Below are positions 26,902 to 36,579 of a DNA stretch of 52,328 nucleotides, in pieces. A program made the translations under genes and the position numbers. Source of the stretch: an uncultured archaeon (lineage in GTDB: Archaea; Altiarchaeota; Altiarchaeia; IMC4; QMZM01); contig CAZJVE010000009.1 of NCBI GenBank assembly GCA_964549685.1, forward strand, positions 2,484-54,811, written 5' to 3'. The notes under the pieces were generated by a model. The model did not search any database. It saw nothing but the letters and a program-made list of their open reading frames with translations, and was not told where the DNA came from. Numbering within the stretch: position 1 is the stretch's first letter; the number at the start of each line of letters is the position of its first letter.

Positions 26902-28296
26902 ATGGCAAAAGTATTTGTCCTTGGTATCGACGGCGCGCCGCCGCAATTTGTCTTCGATAAATGGATAGACGAGCTGCCCAATCTGAAGAAGCTGATGGAC
27001 AACGGCGCCTTTGGCAGGATTAAGAGCACCATCCCGCCATCCACCTGCATCGCATGGAATTCCTTTTTTTCAGGGAGGGACGCCTCGGATTTCGGGGTAT
27101 ACAGCTATACCAAGAGGGACGACTTTTCCTATTCCCCGAGCCAGCTAATCAGCTCCCATGACATAAAAGCGGACATGGTCTGGGAAGTCCTGACCGAAGC
27201 CGGGAAGAAGAGCTACGTTATCGGCGTGCCCATAACCTATCCCGTAAGGAAGGCGATAAACGGGGCGATGGTAACGGGTTTTATGACCCCCGAGTTCAAT
27301 GACAAGAGCGTTCATCCTTCCGAATTCAGGGAAGAGATAAAATCCCTGCTCGGTAAGGACTACATGTTCGACGTCAGTGTCGGATTAGCATCATACAAAA
27401 AAATAGACTTGGACGTCCTTCTCGAGAAGGTCTATGAAATGACGAGGCAGCAGTTCATGGTACTCAGGCACCTCATAGAAAGGAAGGACTGGGACTTCGC
27501 GGCCCTGGTATTAATCGGCTCCGACCGGCTCCAGCATACCCTTTGGGCGCACATCGACGAGACCCACAGGAATTATAAGGACTCGGAGCACAGGGACTCC
27601 CTGAAGGACTACTTCATATACATCGACAGGGAGCTGGGGAAGATTATCGAAATGTTGGATGATGATACGACCATCATTGTCTCATCAGACCACGGGATGG
27701 ACAAGATGAATTTCAGGTTCAACCTGAACGACTGGCTGATAAAGGAAGGTTACTTAGTGCTGAAGGAAAAGGTAGACGGCCCTGTGAGGTTCAGCCCCGA
27801 CCTAATCGACTGGAAAAAAACCAGGGCCTATTCGTCTGGGGCCTACTTCGCAAGGATTCAGATAAACCTCAAGGGACGGGAGCCGGAGGGGATTGTGGCT
27901 GCCGAAGATTACGACTCCATCCAGCAGGAATTAGCACAAAAATTCATGAAGATAAAGGGTGACCAGAACCAGGAGATGGACAACAAGGTCTATCTGACCA
28001 AGGACATCTACCACGGAAAATATGCAAAATACGCCCCGGACATGATTGTCTACCTCGACAACCTCCTGACTGGAACTAGTGCAGATGTTGGCAACCCCTT
28101 GCTGTATTCGACCGAAACACAAGTCGGCAAGGACGACGCGGGCCATGCCCCAGTCGGCATGTTCGTCATCAGCGGCGGAAACGCCCCCAAGTCATGCAAT
28201 CTGGGCACCGTGGACATCTATGACGTTGCCCCTACCATTTTTTCAATACTGAATGTAGATATTCCTAATACCCTGCGCGGAAAGAAGATACTATGA
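26902..28296 (+). CDS. Alkaline phosphatase superfamily protein (type I phosphodiesterase/NPP-like)
   Basis: VLGIDGA, STIPPSTCIAW (Thr nucleophile), DRLQH, SSDHG, INLKGREPEG, AGHAPVG, YDVAPT. Start ATG 26902 preferred. Confidence 0.88.
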   Translation: MAKVFVLGIDGAPPQFVFDKWIDELPNLKKLMDNGAFGRIKSTIPPSTCIAWNSFFSGRDASDFGVYSYTKRDDFSYSPSQLISSHDIKADMVWEVLTEAGKKSYVIGVPITYPVRKAINGAMVTGFMTPEFNDKSVHPSEFREEIKSLLGKDYMFDVSVGLASYKKIDLDVLLEKVYEMTRQQFMVLRHLIERKDWDFAALVLIGSDRLQHTLWAHIDETHRNYKDSEHRDSLKDYFIYIDRELGKIIEMLDDDTTIIVSSDHGMDKMNFRFNLNDWLIKEGYLVLKEKVDGPVRFSPDLIDWKKTRAYSSGAYFARIQINLKGREPEGIVAAEDYDSIQQELAQKFMKIKGDQNQEMDNKVYLTKDIYHGKYAKYAPDMIVYLDNLLTGTSADVGNPLLYSTETQVGKDDAGHAPVGMFVISGGNAPKSCNLGTVDIYDVAPTIFSILNVDIPNTLRGKKIL

Positions 28297-30542
28297 AAGA
28301 GGTCAAGATAATCGTTACCCTGGGCCCGGCAACAGACTCGGAAGAAATGATAAAGAGGATAAGGGAATCCAGGGTCGACTTTGTAAGGCTGAACATGTCC
28401 CATTCATCCCTTGAGGATTTGAAGAGGGTTCTGAAGACTACAGAGAAACTGGGCGCGCCCTTCATCCTTGACACCGAGGGGCCCCAGATAAGGACGGGCG
28501 GGTTAAAGAAGAGCGTCATTGTCCTTGACGAAAACGACGAAATCAAGATTCATGAAAAGGAAACCGAGGGCGACGAGAAGAACATCTGTCTCAGGCCCAG
28601 CTCCGTTGTATCGTTTCTGCACGAGGGGGATTTGATAGCCGTTGACTTCGACACCCTGCTGTTAAGGGTTTCGGATGTCTCGACGCTGAAAGACGAGGGC
28701 TACGTAAAGGCCAGGGTCATAACCGGGGGCGTATTAGGGAGGGCCAAGTCCGCGGTCATCGACCAGCCGGTCCAGTCTCTGTCGAGACTTCCTATTCTAT
28801 CAGAAAAAGATTTAGGTGCCCTAGAAATAGCCCTCAAGCACGGCGTCGGGCACATAGCGGCCTCGTTTGTCAGAAACGGCGACGACATCGACGAGGTAAG
28901 AAAACTGACACAGGACAGGATGGAGGTCATCTCCAAGATAGAAACCAAGGAGGCCATGAACCATCTCGATTCCATAATCCAGAAGTCGGACTACGTCCTC
29001 ATCGACAGGGGGGACCTGGGCAAGGAGATATCCCTTGAGAAGGTACCCCTGACACAGAAGATAATACTCAACAAGGCAAAGCAACTGGAAACACCGGCCT
29101 TCATTGCAACCAACCTGCTGGAGTCGATGATAGAGAAACCAAAACCCACCAGGGCGGAACTAAACGACATCATGAATTCATTGCTTGATGGTGCATCCGG
29201 GCTCGTGCTCTGCGCGGAAACCGCAATAGGAAAATACCCCCTCGAGTGCATCGGCATACTGCACAGGATGATAAACCAGGCCGACTTGGCTATCGATTAT
29301 GAAACAGAGGATACCTCCACGAACGACATTGCCAAACGGCTTGAGGAACTGGGTTACATCCAGAGCGGTTTCATCGGGGGCTCGCTGATTGAACCCCACG
29401 GCGGAAGGCTGGTCGACAGGATATTGAAAAAACCGATTGACAAGAAATACCTGGCCAAGCTCCCGGGAATTGAAATAGATACGAACAAGCAGATGGACGT
29501 TGAGCAGATAGCCATAGGCACCTTCAGTCCTTTGGAGGGGTTCATGTGCGAGGCCGATTTTAATTCAGTCCTGGATAACATGCGCCTGGCAAGCGGGGTT
29601 GTCTGGACAATCCCGATTGTTTTCGACGTTACGAAGAAACAGGCAAAGGACATCAACCCAGGGCAGAGCGTAACCCTTATCGGCGACGACGGCCCCATGG
29701 CCCTGCTCCACGTTGAGGAAAAATACGCCTACGACAAGACCGAGACGGTGAAAAAATGGTACGGCACCGATGATAAGTCACACCCCGGAGTGGCGGCGGT
29801 GCACGCCATGGGCGACGTGCTCCTCGGCGGAAAAATTGATTTAATCAAGAGAAGGAAATCAGAGTTCAAGGAATACGAGCTCACGCCCGCCCAGGTAAGG
29901 AAGATATTTGAAGAACGTGGCTGGAGCAGGGTAGTTGGCTTCCATACGCGCAACGTAATCCACGGAGGTCATGAATTCATCCAGCTCGATGCACTTGACA
30001 AAACCTCCTGTGATGGATTATTCGTGCATCCAATCATCGGCAAGAAAAAGAAGGGGGACTTCAGCACAAAATTTATCGTGAAGGCATACGAAAAGATGAT
30101 GGAATTATTCTATCCGAAGAACAAGGTAGTCTTTACCCTCTTCTCTACTTTTTCGAGATATGCGGGCCCCAGGGAGGCCATCTTTACGGCAATATGCCGG
30201 AAGAACTTCGGGTGCAGTCATTTTATCACCGGGAGAGACCATACAGGGGTTGGCGAATTCTATCATCCCCACGCATCCCACCAGATATTCGACAAGTTTC
30301 CGAACCTGGGCATAAAGCCCGTCAAGTACGATACGGTATACTACTCAGAGACTCATAAGAAATATCTTCATGAGCCCGATGCATCCGACCATCCGGAGGA
30401 CAAGAAGCTCCACATCTCAGGCACGGAGACAAGAAAAATGCTGAAGGAGGGAAAGATGCCCCCCGAATGGGTCATGCGCCCGGAGATTGCAAGAGTAATC
30501 ATCGATGCCATAAAGAATAAAGAAGAGGTGTTCGTAGAATGA
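28293..30542 (+). CDS. Pyruvate kinase-like domain fused to sulfate adenylyltransferase (ATP sulfurylase)
   Basis: N-half: KIIVTLGPA, RLNMSH, LDTEGPQIRTG, SKIET, DRGDLG, ATNLLESM, PTRAE, AETAIGKYP. C-half: PHGGRLV, FSPLEGFM, HPGV, HTRNVIHGGHE, RYAGPREA, GRDHTGVG, ISGT, MRPEI. Confidence 0.92.
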   Translation: MKEVKIIVTLGPATDSEEMIKRIRESRVDFVRLNMSHSSLEDLKRVLKTTEKLGAPFILDTEGPQIRTGGLKKSVIVLDENDEIKIHEKETEGDEKNICLRPSSVVSFLHEGDLIAVDFDTLLLRVSDVSTLKDEGYVKARVITGGVLGRAKSAVIDQPVQSLSRLPILSEKDLGALEIALKHGVGHIAASFVRNGDDIDEVRKLTQDRMEVISKIETKEAMNHLDSIIQKSDYVLIDRGDLGKEISLEKVPLTQKIILNKAKQLETPAFIATNLLESMIEKPKPTRAELNDIMNSLLDGASGLVLCAETAIGKYPLECIGILHRMINQADLAIDYETEDTSTNDIAKRLEELGYIQSGFIGGSLIEPHGGRLVDRILKKPIDKKYLAKLPGIEIDTNKQMDVEQIAIGTFSPLEGFMCEADFNSVLDNMRLASGVVWTIPIVFDVTKKQAKDINPGQSVTLIGDDGPMALLHVEEKYAYDKTETVKKWYGTDDKSHPGVAAVHAMGDVLLGGKIDLIKRRKSEFKEYELTPAQVRKIFEERGWSRVVGFHTRNVIHGGHEFIQLDALDKTSCDGLFVHPIIGKKKKGDFSTKFIVKAYEKMMELFYPKNKVVFTLFSTFSRYAGPREAIFTAICRKNFGCSHFITGRDHTGVGEFYHPHASHQIFDKFPNLGIKPVKYDTVYYSETHKKYLHEPDASDHPEDKKLHISGTETRKMLKEGKMPPEWVMRPEIARVIIDAIKNKEEVFVE

Positions 30543-31141
30543 TAGAATGTAAAAACGGCAAACCGCTAATCATTGCCTGCGGCCTGTCCGGCTCCGGCAA
30601 GACCTTTAATTCATTGCACCTGGAAAAAAACCTGAAGGACTATGTCAGGCTGAACCCCGAGATTGTCCGGGAGGAGATGAATATAACCACGTACTCAAGG
30701 AAGGACACGCCCGGGATTCTTGCGCACATCATCGACAGGATTGAGGAGCTGCACAACGGGAACAAGGGCGCCATCGTGGACGCCAATCTCAAGTCCAATG
30801 ATTTACGGCAATCCTTCTATGACCTGGCAAAGCACCTCAATGAAGATGTAATCGTTATCGAGTTTACCTGCCCGACGGAAGAGTGCAAGAAGAGAATGAC
30901 CGAGAGAACGCCGCTGGACGGAAAGATACACCACCCCGTCGATCCAAAGATATTCGATACCCAGAAAAAAACCTGGCAGGACATCGCCCCGGACCTGGAG
31001 CTGAAGGGCAACGACCACGTTCTGTTGATAAGGTACGATTCATCCTCCTGCAGGGCGGAGGTAGTCAGAACCAACGACAGGCACAACGAATTCATAAATG
31101 AAATCATCTCGCTTCTTGAACAGAAAGAGACCGATATCTGA
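30539..31141 (+). CDS. P-loop small-molecule kinase (AAA_33 / APS-kinase-like fold)
   Basis: CGLSGSGKT Walker A, IVDAN, CPTEECKKR lid motif. Confidence 0.75.
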   Translation: MIECKNGKPLIIACGLSGSGKTFNSLHLEKNLKDYVRLNPEIVREEMNITTYSRKDTPGILAHIIDRIEELHNGNKGAIVDANLKSNDLRQSFYDLAKHLNEDVIVIEFTCPTEECKKRMTERTPLDGKIHHPVDPKIFDTQKKTWQDIAPDLELKGNDHVLLIRYDSSSCRAEVVRTNDRHNEFINEIISLLEQKETDI

Positions 31142-31143
31142 AA

Positions 31144-32013
31144 ATGAAAGACCTGGTGGATTTGCACTTGCATACCAATGCCTCGGATGGTGACCTTTCT
31201 TCGGAAGGGCTTGTTGACCTGGCCATCAGCCGGGGCCTGAAGGCCATGGCCATCACCGACCACGACACGGTCGACGGAATCCGGACAGCCCTTGATTATT
31301 CTGCTAAAAATGACATCGAGGTCATACCTGGAATAGAGATAAGCTGCAAGGAGAAGGAGCGCGGATTCGACGAGGTGCACGTGCTGGGCCTGTTCATAGA
31401 TTCCAAAAACAAGAGCCTGCTGGAGATGACCCAGCGAATAAAGCAGAACAGGATAGAGCAGAAGAAACAGATAATAGGGAAGCTGAACGAACTGGGGTTC
31501 GACATCGACTTCTCAGAGGTCAAGGATTCAGTAAAGTTCTCCTTCGGCCGGCCCCACATAGCCGCCGTGCTGCTGAAGAATTACCCTGACAGGTTCGACT
31601 CGATTCAGGACGTATTCGACCAGTACCTCAAGGTCGGGAAGCCGGCATACATTGGAATAAGGGAAATCACCCGGATTGCTGATGCGATAAAAATAATAAA
31701 GGAGTCGGGGGGCATTCCCATCCTCGCCCACCCCGGCGTCTTCAGGCAAGAGGATTCCCTCGAGCTGATTGACTACTTCCTGGGCCTGGGGGGCAAAGGA
31801 ATCGAAACTTATTATCCCTACGATAAAGTTTATTCGATAAGCCCTGAGGATTCTAATAAAAGAATTAATTTTTACAATAAAGTGGCCAAGGAAAAGAATC
31901 TTCTTGTATCCGGCGGCAGCGACTACCACGGCTCTATCAGGCCGACCGACCTGGGGGAGATTGAGATACCCTACTCAGTCGTTGAGAAGCTGAGGGAAGC
32001 GTCACAGTCCTAA
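31144..32013 (+). CDS. PHP-domain phosphatase (TrpH/YciV-like, possible 3',5'-nucleoside bisphosphate phosphatase)
   Basis: DLHLHTNASDG, AITDHDT, PGIEIS, HVLG, GRPHIA, LAHP, GGSDYHG. Confidence 0.9.
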   Translation: MKDLVDLHLHTNASDGDLSSEGLVDLAISRGLKAMAITDHDTVDGIRTALDYSAKNDIEVIPGIEISCKEKERGFDEVHVLGLFIDSKNKSLLEMTQRIKQNRIEQKKQIIGKLNELGFDIDFSEVKDSVKFSFGRPHIAAVLLKNYPDRFDSIQDVFDQYLKVGKPAYIGIREITRIADAIKIIKESGGIPILAHPGVFRQEDSLELIDYFLGLGGKGIETYYPYDKVYSISPEDSNKRINFYNKVAKEKNLLVSGGSDYHGSIRPTDLGEIEIPYSVVEKLREASQS

Positions 32014-33540
32014 CTTCCTTATCCTGCTCCTAATCCACCCCTTCTCGTCCGCCTTCTTGTGGACCACCTCTCTCCTGGCAAGCTCCGAGTCCTCCCTGAA
32101 TATCTCCTTCAGCACCTTTCCATCCATGTCCTTTGGGACGGAAAGGCCGAACGTATGCAGGACGGTTGGAGTAATATCATAGATTACCGGGTCGACCTTT
32201 ACCTTCCTGAACTCCTTTCCATAGGTCAGGAACATCCCCTGGAGGCTGTGGTTCGACATCACGCCCTTCCCCGGGACCGGCTCCTTGAACAACGCCCCTG
32301 ATGGACTGTAGCTCCCGGAGGTCCTTATCGAGCCCCCATCAATAACAAACATAATGTCAGCCGCCGAGTCCACATACGGACCGTCATACACGTCCTCTCT
32401 CCGGAATATCTCTATCCCCTTGAAGTCCTCCTTCAGATCCTTTATGATTGCCTCTCTCACCTTCTCATATTCCTTTTTCGATACGCTCCCGTATACCTCC
32501 CTGTCCTTGAGGTTGAGGTATATGCTCCCCTCGCCTCCAAAAGCGTGCGCCCTGGTGTTCTCCCAGTCAATCTGGTCGACCAGCTCCTTTGCGGTAACCT
32601 CGTCGTTCAACAGGAGGCGGTGCCCCCTGAATTTCCTGAACGACTCTATAACCTGCCGCGGGATGAATCTCTTGAGGCCGAGCTTTGCTATAATGGATAT
32701 TACCGGATTGCTGACCGATTCCAGGCTGTCCGTGTTTATGCCCGCCCTGGCAATCCTGGACGACTTTATCTCTCCCTTGAACCTGAGATAGCCCTTCTCC
32801 GCCAGCCAGTTGTTGACCCTGAGCCATTTCTCGAGCCCTATCATCCCGTGGTCCGAGATGATGAAGAGCATGATCTCATTGTCCAGCTTCTTTAGGAGCT
32901 GGTCAAGCCTTGAGTCTATCCTCTTGAACGTCCCCTTTAGAAACTCCTTATCATGCCATTTAAAGTGCTGTAGCGGGTCCAGGCTGCATATGTCCATTCC
33001 AAAGAAGTCAAACTCTCTCTTCTCCAGCACGTGCTCCAGCTGGTCGAAGCGCAGTTCGATTATCTCGTTTACCCTCTTGCCGAAATTCTTGTTCGAGGGC
33101 AGAAGCCCGACCCTGGTGTCCTCCTTCCACTCGAAGTTCATCCAGTCCTTCCTCCATTTATCGCCCTCACCGAAAGAAATCTCGGACCTGAACGGTGAGG
33201 AGAGAGGGATGTTTATTATCCCGCACTTCAGACCGTTCTTTTCCAGAATCTCCCAGAGAAAATCCGACTTGACGTCCTTGGCGCAGTTGAAGTGGCTGAA
33301 CCCGTATATCTTCTTGCTGAATTCGCCGATGCAGACTATGCCGTGCTTCCCTGGGTTCTTGCCCGTGAACATCGACGGCCAGGCCAGGAAGGTCAGCGGG
33401 ATGACGACGCTCTTCAGCGTTCCGTGGGCATATCCGTCCCTCAGCCTCCTGAAAGTCGGGAGCTCGCCCCCATCAATCCATCCGCCAATCAGGTCCCAGC
33501 ACACCCCATCCAAACCAAGAACTATTACCCTTCTGGACAT
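32002..33540 (-). CDS. Alkaline phosphatase superfamily protein (type I phosphodiesterase/NPP-like)
   Basis: LGLDG, PLTFLAWPSMFTGKNPGKHG, DPLQH, ISDHG, SNHSLQG, YDITPT, DMDGKVL; C-terminal IRSRIRKLGL. Confidence 0.88.
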   Translation of the reverse strand: MSRRVIVLGLDGVCWDLIGGWIDGGELPTFRRLRDGYAHGTLKSVVIPLTFLAWPSMFTGKNPGKHGIVCIGEFSKKIYGFSHFNCAKDVKSDFLWEILEKNGLKCGIINIPLSSPFRSEISFGEGDKWRKDWMNFEWKEDTRVGLLPSNKNFGKRVNEIIELRFDQLEHVLEKREFDFFGMDICSLDPLQHFKWHDKEFLKGTFKRIDSRLDQLLKKLDNEIMLFIISDHGMIGLEKWLRVNNWLAEKGYLRFKGEIKSSRIARAGINTDSLESVSNPVISIIAKLGLKRFIPRQVIESFRKFRGHRLLLNDEVTAKELVDQIDWENTRAHAFGGEGSIYLNLKDREVYGSVSKKEYEKVREAIIKDLKEDFKGIEIFRREDVYDGPYVDSAADIMFVIDGGSIRTSGSYSPSGALFKEPVPGKGVMSNHSLQGMFLTYGKEFRKVKVDPVIYDITPTVLHTFGLSVPKDMDGKVLKEIFREDSELARREVVHKKADEKGWIRSRIRKLGL

Positions 33541-33595
33541 TTTAACGATACGACTATATATGAAGTTATATGACTAAATATTCTGTAGCTTTAAG

Positions 33596-34123
33596 ATGAA
33601 GAAACTGAATCTGGGCTGTGGGAGCGATATCAAAAAGGGCTACGTAAACCTGGACCGGGCGGAGCTCGAGGGAGTCGACGTAGTCCACGACCTCGACAAA
33701 TTCCCCTACCCCTTCAAGGACAACGAATTCGATGAAATCTACTGCAAGCACGTTCTTGAGCACGTTGATGACCTCCTCAGGGTCATGGAGGAAATAATCC
33801 GAATCTCAAAGCCCGGGGCAAGGATAGAGGTAATAGCCCCGTACTTCGCGGGACAGGGCGCCTATAACGACCCAACCCACAAGAAATTCTTCACCTACAA
33901 GACGTTCGATTATTTCTCACCTGGAGGATACTATTCAAAGGCGGTCATGAAGACCGTCAAGAGAAGGATATTCTTTTTCTCATCGAGGGGATTCATGAAG
34001 AGCAAGCCGTATTCCATGCTCCCCAACTTTCTGATAAACCTGAAACCAATGCTCTACCAGAGATACCTGTGCTGGTTTCTTCCTGCAGCAGAGGTGCACT
34101 ATCTGCTGGAAGTAGTGAAATAG
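33596..34123 (+). CDS. SAM-dependent methyltransferase (type 11-like)
   Basis: LNLGCG, VNLD, DVVHDL, HVLEH, DPTH. Confidence 0.85.
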   Translation: MKKLNLGCGSDIKKGYVNLDRAELEGVDVVHDLDKFPYPFKDNEFDEIYCKHVLEHVDDLLRVMEEIIRISKPGARIEVIAPYFAGQGAYNDPTHKKFFTYKTFDYFSPGGYYSKAVMKTVKRRIFFFSSRGFMKSKPYSMLPNFLINLKPMLYQRYLCWFLPAAEVHYLLEVVK

Positions 34124-34134
34124 AATAACTCAAG

Positions 34135-35673
34135 ATGGAGCAGGAAATCATTACCTTTTTAGAAAAGCTGGACGAGGACAAGAGCGAAAACGGCATCAAC
34201 GCCATTAAGTATAACGGATGGCCCGTGTGGTGGTTCTTCAAGCAGCGATTCCTGAGAGACCGGTTGCTCCCTCCCCTGTCGACGCACAAGGAAATCATGG
34301 ATTCGGTCAAGAACAAAAGGAAGCCCGCCGGCAGACTGACCTCGCTGAGGATGAGGAAATTCATCTCGTACAACGAGAGGTGCAAGTTCCTCATGTCGCG
34401 ATTTAACAGGATACCTGAAAAGACCCCGGACGAGAAGATAATGTTCATCGTGCATACCAATGGCGTAGTGCCCGACAAGGAATACGGGTTTACCGTCGAC
34501 AGGTCCGGGAGCGTGGTCAATGAGATAAGAAGGGACCCCAAGATGAAGGAATACGTGGCAGTGGTGAAACCAATGTCGCATAAACCATCTCTAGACCTCT
34601 TCAGCTGGAACAGGGGGCACCTGGTCTACCCGTTTGTCGATGCCGAAATCAGGAGGAAGGCAAGTAAAGAATCCAAACGGCTGCATGCGGAGTGCTCGAA
34701 TTTCCTGGAACGACACCCCACCTCGCCCATCTGGGAGCAGCTTCAGCCGGCGTTCAGGGTTTTCTTCTCAAGGGAGATTCTGTACCTCCTTGTACTCTAC
34801 TATGAGCTATACAAGAAAATCATCCGGCACGGGAACATACGCCTCGTCTGCTTCTACAGCATCGGCTTCCTTGGAAACTGCGCGATGGCCGCGGCTCACG
34901 ATTCCAAAATCAAGTCCCTCTTCATATACCATGCGCTGGGGATCGAGGTGGTAAGGCACGACTATCCGCCCAGCGTTTATATTGCACTGCTCAGCAAGAT
35001 GCACAAGGAGTTCGAGGTAGGTTCAAGCAACGTGGACCCCGAAAAGATATTCATAACCGGCCCGGTTTTCATGGACGACATCGTCCCCCACATCGACAGG
35101 AAAACAAACAACAGCCCCAGGAAAATACTGCTGTTCTCCGACCCCTGGGACGTAAGCCAGCTGGGGAGCGTCATCGGCGACAAGTCGGTCTATGAGAGGT
35201 ACCTATCTAAATTCATAAAGGAAGTAAATAAAATCAGTGATGTAGAGATAATCCTGAAGATACACCCCCGCGACAACGTCGATTTTTATAAACCATTTAC
35301 CAATACCAGTAATGTTCGTATTGCGACCGGGCAGTCGAAGGAGGAACTCTATACCCTGATGAGCGAGTGCGATATAGCCTTTGGATTTAACTCCTCCGCC
35401 AACGGTGAAGCAATGGTCATGCGCAAGCCCTCCGTGATAATAAACCTGATGCCCGAACTGACCGACCCCATCCTGGATGATTCGCGGGCCCAACATCTCG
35501 CCCCGAATGACGACGTATCCGAGCTCGTTGGAAAGCTGCTGGACGATAAGAAATTCCGGGCGGCCGTCATAGACAACCAGGACAAGATAATCTCCGATTA
35601 CCTCTACAAGATAGACGGCAAGGCAAAGAACAGAGTGAAGGACATAATCTCCGATTTACTGAAATCAAAATGA
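34135..35673 (+). CDS. GT-B surface-polysaccharide protein, possible sialyl/nonulosonyl or glycerophosphotransferase
   Basis: C-terminal ITGP, KIHPRD, FNSSANGEAM, IDGKAKNRV motifs typical of CDP-glycerol transferase/capsule biosynthesis-like proteins. Confidence 0.55.
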   Translation: MEQEIITFLEKLDEDKSENGINAIKYNGWPVWWFFKQRFLRDRLLPPLSTHKEIMDSVKNKRKPAGRLTSLRMRKFISYNERCKFLMSRFNRIPEKTPDEKIMFIVHTNGVVPDKEYGFTVDRSGSVVNEIRRDPKMKEYVAVVKPMSHKPSLDLFSWNRGHLVYPFVDAEIRRKASKESKRLHAECSNFLERHPTSPIWEQLQPAFRVFFSREILYLLVLYYELYKKIIRHGNIRLVCFYSIGFLGNCAMAAAHDSKIKSLFIYHALGIEVVRHDYPPSVYIALLSKMHKEFEVGSSNVDPEKIFITGPVFMDDIVPHIDRKTNNSPRKILLFSDPWDVSQLGSVIGDKSVYERYLSKFIKEVNKISDVEIILKIHPRDNVDFYKPFTNTSNVRIATGQSKEELYTLMSECDIAFGFNSSANGEAMVMRKPSVIINLMPELTDPILDDSRAQHLAPNDDVSELVGKLLDDKKFRAAVIDNQDKIISDYLYKIDGKAKNRVKDIISDLLKSK

Positions 35674-36560
35674 CGAATCCCATACCCTGCAAACTGTGCA
35701 AGAGCACGGACAAAAAACTGCTGTTTGAAGACAAGCACAGGTTCGTGAAGTGCAAGAAGTGCGGCTTTATATTCATTGACCATGCATTCAGCCCGGAGGA
35801 AATAGACAAGATGTATTCCAAGGACTATTTCCATCAGAACGAATACATCGAAAACATAACGGGCAGGACATACATCGCCAACAAATACCTCACCGTGGTC
35901 GAGCAGTATATCAAGAAGGGAAGGTTGCTGGACGTGGGCTGCGCCGGCGGGGTCATGTTAAAGCTGGCCAAAGAGCATGGATTCGAGGTCCAGGGCGTCG
36001 AGATATCGGAATACGCCACCAATGTTGCAAAGGAGATGGGCCTGGACGTGAAGAATTCCACGCTGGAGGATGCACACTTTGACCCGAAGTCTTTTGACGC
36101 CATCGTCATGCTTCACGTGCTGGAACACCTGACCGACCCGCTGGAAACATTAAAGGAAGCGAACAGGATACTCAAGGACGACGGAATCATGGTCTTGGAC
36201 GTGCCCAACGCAAACATGCTCGGCCCAAAGGTCCGGGAGCTGTTCTACAACGACGTCACAAAGTCCTATGACGAGGGATTTTTTAAGCTTCCACACCTAA
36301 ATTTCTTCTCCCCTGACACCCTTACAAGGATGTGCAAGGAGGCGGGGTTCGAGGTTGTTTCGTTAAAATCACGCCTGATAGTCAAATACCTTGCGAAGAT
36401 TCTAAAGGCCGGCAAGGCAGACAGGCAGATGTCAAACAGCATACGAAAGGCGGAACTGGAAAACAAAAAAAGCGCAACGAAGCCAATCTACAACCTGATA
36501 AAAGCGCTGGACAGGACAAAGATGGGGAACAATCTGACAGCCGTCCTAAGGAAACGATAA
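35670..36560 (+). CDS. SAM-dependent methyltransferase with N-terminal CxxC...CxxC
   Basis: CKLC...CKKCG, LLDVGCAGG, GVEIS, HVLEHL, DVPN, HLNFFS. Confidence 0.9.
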   Translation: MTNPIPCKLCKSTDKKLLFEDKHRFVKCKKCGFIFIDHAFSPEEIDKMYSKDYFHQNEYIENITGRTYIANKYLTVVEQYIKKGRLLDVGCAGGVMLKLAKEHGFEVQGVEISEYATNVAKEMGLDVKNSTLEDAHFDPKSFDAIVMLHVLEHLTDPLETLKEANRILKDDGIMVLDVPNANMLGPKVRELFYNDVTKSYDEGFFKLPHLNFFSPDTLTRMCKEAGFEVVSLKSRLIVKYLAKILKAGKADRQMSNSIRKAELENKKSATKPIYNLIKALDRTKMGNNLTAVLRKR

Positions 36561-36579
36561 TACACGAGGTGTTTCACAG

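Noticed and set aside
28293-30542. sat as evidence of dissimilatory sulfate reduction
   Set aside because: No aprAB, qmo or dsr; context is glycan biosynthesis.
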